Source: Eledone cirrhosa
Lineage: Eukaryota
Length of the DNA stretch: 64,000 nt
Reading direction: 5' to 3'
NCBI GenBank assembly: GCA_964016885.1
Contig: OZ024741.1
Span: forward strand, 281,232,001 to 281,296,000
The notes under the pieces were generated by a model. That model had not been told where the DNA came from. It made no database searches and was given only the letters and a program-made list of their open reading frames with translations. Shown piece after piece: positions 40,571 through 52,244 of the stretch. Each line of letters opens with the position of its first letter. The stretch's first letter is position 1. A program made the position numbers and the translations under genes.

Positions 40571-41645
40571 TGCTGCTGTTTCATTTCCTTTCAATGTCTG
40601 TGAATAGGTTGTGTTAGCTTGACAGAAACCTATGTTTACTGAACTTCTTAGTTCCTTTACCAATTAATTGCCCCTAGTATTTGATAAACATTTACCGCCC
40701 CCCCTCTAAAACATTTAGCACCCAAAAGCAGAATAATTTCTATATTCAGGCTAAGGTGGCAGGGGATAAAAATGTTATAACTTATAATTATAAAGATACA
40801 GCAACAAACGTTTTAAAACCATTTTCCCCTTCTAAAGTAGGGGAGCCTTCTGACCTAATTCACTTACAGAGTGGGGTGGAACTCATCAAATCGAACCAAG
40901 GAAACAATATTTTCATTGGTCTTTCCATTGCTGATATTATCTACCAGTTGCAACAACTCCTGGCAGAAGGAACAACATGAAATAAAGTGTCTTGCTCAAG
41001 GACATAACGCATCACCTGGTCCAGGAATAGAACTCGTAACCTCAGAATTCTGAATCTAATTCTTTAAACACTAAGCCACACGCCTTCGAAAGGAGTCTTG
41101 CAAATCCATTGATAAGCTTCAATGTAATCATGAGGTTGTTTTTGAAGCAATGTTTTATGGTCAGATGCCCTTCCTGCTGCCAACCCTTTTAGCTACCTCA
41201 TGGCATGCAGGGATATGATACACTAATATATAAGCTCTCTTTGGTGTAATGGTAACACAGCTGTCCACGATACAGCAGGCGTGAGTTCAATTTCTACAGG
41301 TGATTCTATCCACTTTTTCTATCTCTAGGGGCTTATAGGACTAACTTGTTCAACTATTTTCATAGTTTAAAAATTTATGTTAAAGCAACTTACTTTTAAT
41401 TAACATGCCTTCAAAATTCCAAATTTGCTCAATTCTCCTTGACTATAATTGATTCTTTCTTTATATCCTATTGGCCAATAGATAAGGCTTAACATTTACA
41501 GATAAGTGGTCAGTCTTGCTTTGGTGTAATGCAGCTTACTTTAAGCTAACACACATTCAAAATTCAAAATTTGCTTAATGCTTTGTGAATTGATTCAAAA
41601 CTAATTTTGATTTATTTTTCTTTTCTTTCTTTATTTGTTTTGCAG

Positions 41646-41717
41646 TTTATTCATCAACTGATAGCAATCAGAAAATATTTATTTAGGGCAGTTACAACAA
41701 ATTATCCCAAATGGACA
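41646..41717 (+). CDS. ENO4: Enolase-4-like gene, internal exon B (FIHQLIAIRKYLFRAVTTNYPKWT)
   Basis: Long polypyrimidine tract plus TGCAG, 72 nt phase 0-0, GTAAGT donor. Supplies the helix expected between exons A and C. Sequence similarity is weak; the splice signals are strong. Confidence 0.75.
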
Positions 41718-41759
41718 GTAAGTATTTTCCTTTTTGGTTTGGTTTTGTTTTACATACAT

Positions 41760-42040
41760 CCAGGATGTTGCAAGCTGCAGCATGTTCTCTGCATCCAGCC
41801 TTGTCATTTTGATCATAGACCTAAGCGCTGCCATGCACAAGGTAAATGAGAAGATATTCAAATACCATCTGTCACAAACCTGGAAACTGCCACCCACAAG
41901 GCAGAAGAGAAGAAAATATTCAAATACCAGGACTTGACCAACTGTTTCCTTTTCATACCAGTCGTTTATTGAGACCTCTGCTGTCCTTGGTCATGGACTG
42001 CCATTTTTCCTCTGCAAAATCAGGAAGAGTGAATCTCACC
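41760..42040 (+). mobile_element. Decayed CRE-like endonuclease fragment
   Basis: AEEKKIFKYQDLTNCFLFIPV..ETSAVLG remnants, with a local duplication of the KIFKY segment. Confidence 0.6.
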
Positions 42041-44836
42041 TGAGGAAGGAACCCTGTGATGTGATATGACTGATGCTATGGGTTTTGTTGGCTCTGTGGC
42101 AATGATTTTACCATCTTTGCCACAAGGTGCAGCTGGGATATACAGCCTAGCCAGGTGTGTAGAGTTTGCAACTCACTTCTCCTTCCTTGATTATTTTTTC
42201 TTCTCTTTTTTCTCCCGGTATATTATTTTAATCCTTTTTTTTTTTAAAGGCTTTCATCCAGGTTTGTCTGCTGGGATTACAAGGTGGGTTACACCTGGTG
42301 ATCTGCACCCTAGAGAGTGTTCTCCCACACTGTCGGGGATTGTGTAATAGGAGTAGCAATATAATCTGGTTTCTTTCCAAACTTAACTGCTTGTCACCAC
42401 CAACACCACCACACTACCATTATCATTTTTACCATCCTTATCATCACTACATCACCACTACCATCATGACTCCATTACCATCATCATCACAACACCACTA
42501 CCACCATCATCACCACCACAACAGCATCACCAACATCATACAACCACTATCAAAACACCACCAACACCACCATCACACTTAGGGATTCAGCCGGATCATT
42601 TGGAGACGGTTACTTCTGACAGGACCCACTGGAAGGAGTGTTTGAAGACTCTGCCCCCACGACCCTCAGGAACGACTGGGCAAAAAAGAAGATGAAAAAG
42701 AAGTTTTGTTAATGTGGTTTGTTAATACTATAGTTTTTATTATTGTGATGTGTATGTCTGTGTATATCATGACTCATACACTGCTCACTTGCCTGACATT
42801 TGTACATTATTCTATGTACTATATATGCACATTTGATGAGTTGTAGTGCACCTGAGCACTGTACACAATAATTTCATTATATTATATAGATCATTGTGAA
42901 AATTTGAAAATTTGCTAATGGACAGATCATTGTGAAAATTTGCTGTATTGGAGTAAAGACTTTAATTGCTAATGTGATACAGTCATAATGCTGTTTTATA
43001 TTTTTCAAAAATGACTTGTTAATAGAGTTTTATGTTGTTCAAGACATTAAGCCTTCTAAATAAGAGGCATCTTCAACCAGATAAAGTTTCAATATTATCT
43101 AATTATATTTCTAAAGTAATCAGCATTTTAATGGAGTGGAACAGCTTGCTCACTTAATAACGCGTGAGAGGCTGAGCATTCCCAAAACACATGTACCCTT
43201 AATGTAATTCGCAAGGAAATTCAGCATGAAACAGTGTGCGACAAGGCTGGCCCTTTGAATTACAGGTAAAGTCCATTTGATAGGCTTCCAAACACAAACA
43301 GTTTCCACCTACCCAATTTCATTCTGAAGGCATGGGTTGACATATGCCCAAGATGCCATGCAGTGTGATCGAATCTGGAACCTATTAACTGCATAGCAAG
43401 CTCCTTAACCATTCAGCCATGTTGAGTTCTCTGACTAAGCCATAATTTCAGTACTGTGTGGCAGAACCCCACCTACAACATGAAATAGATGATTCTAACA
43501 CCTTTCACCTATCCAATTTCACTGACAAGGCTTGGGTTGACCTGAGGCTATGGTAAATGGTATTTGCCCAAGATGCTATATTAAACACAGGACCAAATGA
43601 TTGCAGAACAAACTTCTTAACCATTTGGTCATATGCCATACACAGTTAAACAAATAGTTTTAGCAGTTTTAACAATTATTAATTTTATTAAATCTTTTAT
43701 TAACCCTTTCATGACTGAAGAGGATTGGGTTCTGCCAGGTTTTAAAAGTGCCCTAGAAATGCTGTATCTCAATATGGCGCACCTATGACTTCCTCAGGAA
43801 ATATGGGTCCATACATTCATACATACTGTAGATACCCAAGCAAGGCATATGATTCTATGTCTCATTCTGCTTAGATGACCACCAGTCCCACTTTCAGCTC
43901 AAAGCTGTTTCATTAGCCGTAGGAGGATCATTTCAGCAGTAAAGATATTTGCTCCAATACTATCTAAATACTAGCTTAAAGAAATGTATAAAATAAATTT
44001 AAAAAATCACTCAGGATAATTCTTGCTTTGTATCTGTTAGCTTCTTATCATTTTTAGCATTTCATATTTTATATGTTTCTTGTTTTCTTTCTTTTCTTTT
44101 TTATCCATTCTGTTTTCACACTCCTATTATCATAATGTTGCCTTGGAAGTGGCATGATGCCTGTATTTTTATTATCTTCTAGCATTGTAGCCCACAGGTT
44201 AAGAGTTCAAATCCTATTGTATATGTTTACTATTTCTTTAAGGAAAACAAATTGTTGCTTGATTCAAACTAACTATGGAAATAAGAACTAGAGAAAGGCT
44301 TGGTTATTACATTTTTCTATTATTGAGCTGAATAAAGTAAATATTTGTAGCTATGTGACTACTAACGTTAAACAATTTTCTGTGAAATTGGGGTAGTTCT
44401 TATTCAATAATAGAAAAAAGATTTGGCATCAATATTAACACTATAAACCAACAGTCAACTCACCAATTTTCAATGTTTGTTTGTCCTATAATGAATTGTT
44501 TCTTTTATGTTATTGATTTTCTTTCAGTAGAATAGAACTAGCTACTTGAAGACAGGGGAATTATAGAACTTTCCTTAAGCACAACTCTGGTGATGCAATA
44601 TTGAAAATGCAGCTTTTTAAGTTGAAAGCCTCAATATCATATCTACCCTGTCTTTGCAAATTCTCTGCATGTTATATAAAAATTCAAGCAAATATTTACA
44701 GGAGCAGTCAACCCATACATGAAAACAAAATTGAAAAATGAAAGTAAATGATGAAAGATAAATGACGTAAAATATTTCAGAGCTTCAAATTTATGAACTA
44801 CATAAGTTAATAATTTCTTCATGTGTCTGCTTGCAG

Positions 44837-45001
44837 TCATATCTGTATGCTGTAAACCAAGTTGGTGCCATATCATTGCCTTTTGACAAGCCAGAAATGA
44901 CTCTTGACTTTCTCTTACAAGTTGCTGAACATGCTGGTTACATTGCTGGAAAGGATTTTTTACTTGCCATTAACTGTGCTTCACATGAGATCTTGGATCG
45001 A
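44837..45001 (+). CDS. ENO4: Enolase-4-like gene, internal exon C (SYLYAVNQVGA...GKDFLLAINCASHEILDR)
   Basis: TTGCAG acceptor, 165 nt phase 0-0, GTAAGG donor. LAINCASHE is the ENO4-type counterpart of enolase IGMDVAASE. Confidence 0.9.
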
Positions 45002-46203
45002 GTAAGGATGTTTTCTCTTTCATTGTTTTGTTTTGTTTTTATTTTTGTAAATGTAAAGGATAGTATTAGAGAGACAGAAAGAAATAGGAGAGGGTGTGAG
45101 AGAGATTTATATAGACATATTATCTATAGGTGTGTATAGATATCATATATATATTTTATAATATCCATGTTGGGGTGGGAAGTGTTTCTTAAGTAAGAAA
45201 AAGAATAATTTAGCTATGAATGTGGCTACTTCTAAGTTATAGAAGATATTATACCAAGTGGTATTCCTTCTTCTGCTTCTACAGTTAAGTATTCTAAAAG
45301 GTTGGATGTTCAGGATACATGTTTTTTTTTCCTTTGAAGCCACAGTATGTTGAGATGTTCTTAATAAGGTTATTCAAAATATTCCTAAATTGATTTGACT
45401 CAATTTGCACGTATTTAAGTGTCTTATTAAGCTTGTGGAAGGAAAAGTACTGGGAATTGAATGGGTTAAAGATGACATTGAGAAAATTTGCCAATTTGAG
45501 GTTGGATTATGTGGTAATAGTTAGTTTGAATTTCTTTACAAAGCAGTTGATTTCTGCTCTGATTTTATTCCTTAGGAAAATAGAGAGTCCCCTTCAGTTA
45601 TAACACAATATGGGTTTGCCTCTCTGAGGCACAAGCCTGGTCAAGGTGTATTGTGTAAGACCATCTGTTGCCCATGCATACAAGTTTCCTCTCTCCATGA
45701 CACTGATGTTGTCCAAGGAAAAGGGAAAGATTGCTATGGCTTAAAGATATTAAATATATGCCAACACATACACAGGTGTTGTGTGTGTGTGTGTGCATCA
45801 TCATCACATTTATATAGATGTATGTATGTATGAGTATCAATGAAGAATAGGTCTGAGTTTCTCTTGGGTATCATCACAATGGCTAAAGTATTCTCATACA
45901 TGATGTTAATTGCAAGAAAGGTTACTTTACCATCTGTACCATATGCAAATTGCAACAAAGATTTACAATGGGATGATCCTGAATAGGATCAAACCAAGTA
46001 TCGACAACACTCTATATTTCGGCCATTTTGCTCTACTGCCTCACACATCTAAGAAGGATTGTTGAGGAGGTATGGAATCAGAATAAATAGGCAGCAATTA
46101 TATTTATAGATTTCAAGAAGGTTTTTGATTCAATCGACGGAAAGAAGATACTCAAAATTCTTCTTGTGTATGGGATACATATATATGTGTGCGTGTGCGT
46201 ATA

Positions 46204-46238
<35 letters not shown>

Positions 46239-46290
46239 GCATATATATATATATATGCATATATATATATATATGCATATATATATATAT

Positions 46291-46595
46291 GTGTAGGCAA
46301 CACGGTAAAAACCTCCCAGCCCCACACTGTAAATGTGGTTGGTGTTAGGAAGGGCATCCAGCTGTAGAAATCCCGCCAGACAGTCCACGCTGTAATGTGG
46401 CCGTGTAGGCAACATGGTAAAAACCTCCCAGACCCACACTGTAAATGTGGTTGGTGTTAGGAAGGGCATCCAGCTGTAGAAAACCCGCCAGACAGTCCTA
46501 TGCGAGCAAGACAATCACTCTTGCCTCAAGTGGGAAAACCCCCGTCCAAACCCATGCAAGCGTGGAACACGGACGTTAAACGCTGATGATGATGA
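46291..46595 (+). mobile_element. RTE 3' UTR with a partial tandem duplication
   Basis: Two copies of GTGTAGGCAAC..GGGCATCCAGCTGTAGAAA..GCCAGACAGTCC, then (GAT)n. Confidence 0.85.
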
Positions 46596-46657
46596 TATAT
46601 ATATATATATATATGTATATACATATATGCATTTATATATGTATATATATATATTTG

Positions 46658-46746
<89 letters not shown>

Positions 46747-46758
46747 ATATATATATAT

Positions 46759-47827
46759 GTCATCTGGTGTACCAGTGGGATCTGTTCTTGGTCCCCTTTT
46801 GTTTGTGGCATATATTAATGACATAGATGCCAACTTAAAGAATGCCACGGTACTGAAATATGCAGATGACATCAAGCTGTACCTTGAAAACAAAAGGACT
46901 GATCCTGAAATCTACAACTCTTTCCTACAATCAGACCTGGACACAATGCAGCAATGGATCACAGACTGGCAACTGAAGCTGGCTGTGGACAAGTGTACCA
47001 CCATGCATTTTGGGAGGAAAAATCCAGCGTCCACATACTCCCTCCACAACACTAATATCAAGAAGTCCTCTTGTGAACATGACCTGGGCATTACTGTCAG
47101 CAGCGATTTGTGTTGGAAAAAGCATGTCTCTAAGATTGTCAAGAAGGCTGAGGGTGTCTTGGCATCACTCAGCAAGACCTTTGTTAGCCGCTCTCCAGCC
47201 ATCTATTTAAAGTTGTATACAGCTATGGTACGACCACACTTGGAATTCGCATCATCAGTCTGGAACCCCTATCTTGCTCAGAACATTGACCTCCTGGAAA
47301 CTGTCCAGAGACGTGCAACCAAGCGCATACCCTCCATCAGACACCTACCATACTCTGAACGCCTTGATTCCCTGGGCATGGATTCATTGAAGCTCCGACA
47401 TCTGGCAATGGACTTGGTAACCACCCACAAAGTTATTAACCATCTTGCCAACAACAACCCTGAGCACCTTTTTGATCTCCATGTGTCTAACACACGTGGA
47501 CATGCCTACAAAATCAGAAAACAGCACAGCTCCCATGACTTTCGGAAACATTTTTTCACGCTCAGAGTTGCTGAAGCAGTGAACAAACTGCCTGCATCAG
47601 TTGTTAGCTGCTGAGACACTGCATCCTTTAAAACCCTCATGCTTCCCAAAATTCGCCAAAACTACACCTGATGTACCCCTTCCATACACATGCACACATG
47701 TGTATATCATGACTCGTGCACTGTTCATTTTCCTGACGTTTGTGCATTACCCTATGTACTATACATACACTTTTTGATGAGTTGTAGTGCACCTGAGCAC
47801 TGCACACACTATTTCATTATTATTATT
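46759..47827 (+). mobile_element. 5'-truncated CR1/L2-group LINE
   Basis: [45 protein letters not shown] and TRGH motifs, with an (ATT)n tail. A second 3' UTR fragment lies at 42760-42885. Confidence 0.92.
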
Positions 47828-47936
47828 GCCGAGGTTGACTTTGCCTTTCATCCTTACGGGGTCGATAAAATAAAGTACCAGTAATGCACTGGGTAATTGC
47901 TGGCCTTGTGCCTAAAGTAGAAACAATTATTATATA

Positions 47937-47976
<40 letters not shown>

Positions 47977-48043
47977 CAAGGTTTAGCAAATAAGAATAAG
48001 TTTTAAAATAAATTTTTAAAAGTTCACTGTACCTGCTATAATT

Positions 48044-48127
48044 ACCCTTACCGCACGGTTTCAAGTCTCAAAATAAATGGATAATCCATGCGGAAATCCA
48101 TTGAGAAGAAGACTTTCGTCAGAGGGT
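48044..48127 (-). ncRNA. Hammerhead motif with intact core and extended stem II
   Basis: ACCCT CTGACGA AAGTCT-(41 nt)-AGACTT GAA ACCG-tg-CGGT A AGGGT. Confidence 0.85.
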
Positions 48128-48267
48128 TCTTCTCACTCGGAGAATATAAAATTTCCGAGTTCAAATCACATACTGGCACCATACAGAACTGTTCCCGTAT
48201 GAGAGTGTGTATATATGTATATATATATATGTATATATGTATATATATATATGTATATATGTATATA

Positions 48268-49030
48268 TTCCCCTTATTTATGTGTCCCAACAACTTTCTT
48301 TAGCCGTTGCTCGCACCAACCGGAGATATATGGTCTTTAAAGCGATGAAATACCAATGAAGGTTGGAAGATCACTGATGAAGGACTAACTTTATTCATAT
48401 GTAACCCATTAGCAGCCACGCAGCACATTTGTTTTCATATTCACACATATATTTTCCCCCGCTGTGACCCATCTATTTCGTTCTTACTGCTTCCTCTTTC
48501 TCTGTATCTTTACCCTCTCTAACAGTCACTTTCTCTGTTAGCCTCTTCCTCACTCTTCACTCACTCACTCTCTGCTACTACCTCTCCTACTTTCTCCCGT
48601 TTGACCTGTACGTAATTCTTTTCTCGCGCACGCTTGACCAGGCTGGTTGTTCCTTTTTTCTCTCTTGTCTACGATTTCACAGAACTTATGTTCACCGAAT
48701 TCAGGGACTAGACTCCTTCTTCCTCCCGTTTGACCTGTGCGGAATTCCTTCCTTGCTCACATTTCGACTAGGTTTGATGGTCTTTATTCTCTCTCGTTCA
48801 CGATTTCACCGAACTTATATTCATGGAAATCTGGGACTTGACTCTTTCTTCCTCACTTTTCGTTGCATTACCATCTTTGTTTGTTTACAGTCTCGCTCGT
48901 TCCCCTTATTTACGTGTCCCAATCACTTTCTTTAGCCGTTGCTCACACCAACCGGAGGTATATGGTCTTTAAAGTGATGAAATACCAATGAAGGTTGGAA
49001 GATCACTGATGAAGAACTAACTTTATTCAT
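48268..49030. repeat. ~633-bp unit with a ~130-bp terminal direct repeat, in (TA)n
   Basis: 48268-48400 recurs at 48900-49030. There is also an internal ~130-bp duplication at 48593-48855. Confidence 0.85.
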
Positions 49031-49061
49031 ATATATATATATATATATATATACGTATATA

Positions 49062-49665
49062 TAAATGAAACAAAATTTCATTTCCCACTCTTAGTATATA
49101 AGTACATACACGTACATACATATATGTATACAGGCATACAGTAGTATGTATATATATATATACATACATGCACACATATATATATGTACGTATGGATTCA
49201 CCGAACATTTATTATAATGCTCAGTGTGTTTGTAAACAAACATCCCGTATTAAGCCGTAATACGTACTTATATTTAAGTAACAGCCGTACTAAGAGTGGG
49301 AAATGAAATTTTGTTTCATTTTTTCCGTTTATCGTTTTCGGTGCACCCGGCCGATTAACCCACTCGATATGCAAATTGGGCTACTCAGCCGCTAATATGC
49401 ATAAGGTAAGTATATATGTTCAACAATCTGGCAGGAAGGTATACGTTGCTGACGATAGCTAATAAGCTTGAAACTAGTACAGCGTTCCTTTGTCAGTGTT
49501 GAACAAACGAGCAACGATGGTTGCTAGACACTACGGCTTAATACGAGATGTTTGTTTACAAACACACCGAGCATTATAATAAATGTTCGGTGAATCCATA
49601 CGTACATATATATATGTGTGCATGTACGTCTGTATACATATATGTATGTACGTGTACGTACTTAT
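49062..49665 (+). mobile_element. Retrozyme/pLTR-like cassette: 394-nt monomer plus inverted partial copy
   Basis: TACGTACTTATAT occurs at both 49261 and 49655. 49062-49257 is an inverted partial copy. Same family as 28700-29320. Confidence 0.85.
49444..49484 (+). ncRNA. Minimal type I hammerhead ribozyme, intact core
   Basis: CGTTG CTGACGA tagc-taata-agctt GAA ACTAGT A CAGCG. Predicted cleavage after GUA at 49479. Confidence 0.88.
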
Positions 49666-49677
49666 ATATATATATAT

Positions 49678-50022
49678 ATCATCATTCATCATCATTTCAT
49701 TTTACGTCCGCTTTTCCCTGCTTTCAAGGGTGGGACGGGAACTGATTCTGGCTGATTCTGGCTTGATTTCTACAGCTGGATGCCCTTCCTAACACCAACC
49801 TCATTTACAGTGAGTGCTGGGTGCTTTTTTGCCGTGGCGCCTACACGTCCACTTTGCAGTGGAATGATAGGGAACCCAATCTCATTTCTACAGCTGAGTA
49901 AACTGGAGCAATGTGAAATAAAGTGTCTTACTCAAGGAAACAACACATCACCCGGTCTGAGAATTGAACTCACAACCTTTCGATTGCAAGGCCAATGCTC
50001 TAACCACTAAGCCATGTGCCTC
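49678..50022 (-). mobile_element. tRNA-headed SINE, inverted close copy of 10717-11110
   Basis: The minus-strand translation at 10730 and the plus-strand translation at 49780 are almost identical. Confidence 0.85.
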
Positions 50023-50060
50023 CATTTATATATATATATACATATATACATATATATATA

Positions 50061-50685
50061 GAAGGCTACGTTGGTATGGACACGTGATGCGCATGAAAGT
50101 CGATAGCTGTATAACAAAGTGCAGGGCAATAAAGATAGACGGTAGCCACGGAATAGGCAGACCTAGAAAAACCTGGGACGAGCTGATAAACTCCGACCTC
50201 ACACACTTACACCTCTCCAAGACAATGTCACTGGACCGAGACCTTTGGCGGTACTCAGTAACAGAGAAGACCCGCCTTACCTAAATACATAGTAAAACCT
50301 ACTACAGCCAGTAGGCATCTCTAACAAAATACCCCCCCCCCCGTCCCACCACCCCCACCCCATCCACGCCACCCCGTTCTATGTAAAGTTGTGTTGGTGC
50401 CACACCATCCAGGCCGAAACAAATGAGATCGTGTAGGTGTCACGACAAAAAAACACACAGTCCACGCTGTAATGTGGCCGTGTAGGCAACACGGTAAAAA
50501 CCTCCCAGACCCACACTGTAAATGTGGTTGGTGTTAGGAAGGGCATCCAACTGTAGAAAACCTGCCAGACAGTCCTATGCGAGCAAGACAATCACTCTTG
50601 CCTCAAGTGGGACTACCCCCGTCCAAACCCATGCAAGCGTGGAACACGGACGTTAAACGTTGATGATGATGATGATGATGATGAT
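50061..50685 (+). mobile_element. RTE 3' end with a complete 3' UTR and (GAT)n tail
   Basis: RRLRWYGH...KTRLT is nearly identical to 33310-33534 and runs on into the tail that the 31-33 kb copy lacks. Confidence 0.92.
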
Positions 50686-50768
50686 ATATATATATATATA
50701 CATATATATACACTCTCATACGGGAACAGTTCTGTATGGCGCCAGTTCGTGATTTGAACTCGGGAATC

Positions 50769-51444
<676 letters not shown>

Positions 51445-51465
51445 GTATATATGTATATATATATG

Positions 51466-51501
<36 letters not shown>

Positions 51502-51521
51502 CATATGTAGTTATATATATG

Positions 51522-51556
<35 letters not shown>

Positions 51557-51600
51557 GTAGTTATATATATGTATATATATATATATATATATGCATATAT

Positions 51601-51632
<32 letters not shown>

Positions 51633-51750
51633 ACATCCGCTCTTCCCTGCTTGCAAGGGTGGGACAGGTCTTATTCATATATATATATATATGTGCGTGT
51701 GTGTGTAAATGTATATGTATATATATGTGTGTGTGGACGTTAAACGATGA

Positions 51751-51788
<38 letters not shown>

Positions 51789-52244
51789 TCACTTAACGCC
51801 CATTTTTCATGCTAGCATGGGTTATGTATATATATATTTAATTAATTTGAAATAGTAGATAATCTGATGGGAATAAGTTTACAGATACTCATATTACTGA
51901 CTGTTTGAAGATTTATTATTTCTGGTAACTAATATTTCGTAATTATAGTTTGTATTATTCATCAAAAATGTTTTCTTTGTGCATGCATGTAAGACTATAT
52001 GTATGTATGAATGTGTATACATATGAGTGTTTGTGTATGCATCTGCATGTCTGTATATGTGCTTAAATATATATGTGCATGTCTATGTATGTATGTATGT
52101 ATGTATGTATGTATGTATGTATGTATGTATGTATGTATGTATGTATGTATGTATGTATGTATGCATGTGTATGTATGCCTATGTATGAATGAATGTAAGT
52201 ATGTATGAATGTGTGTATGCGTGTATGTATGAATATATGTATGT

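Noticed and set aside
40048-40663. Pro/Thr/Gly-rich mucin-like ORFs
   Set aside because: They derive from a (CCA)n tract that is open in several frames, with no splice support.
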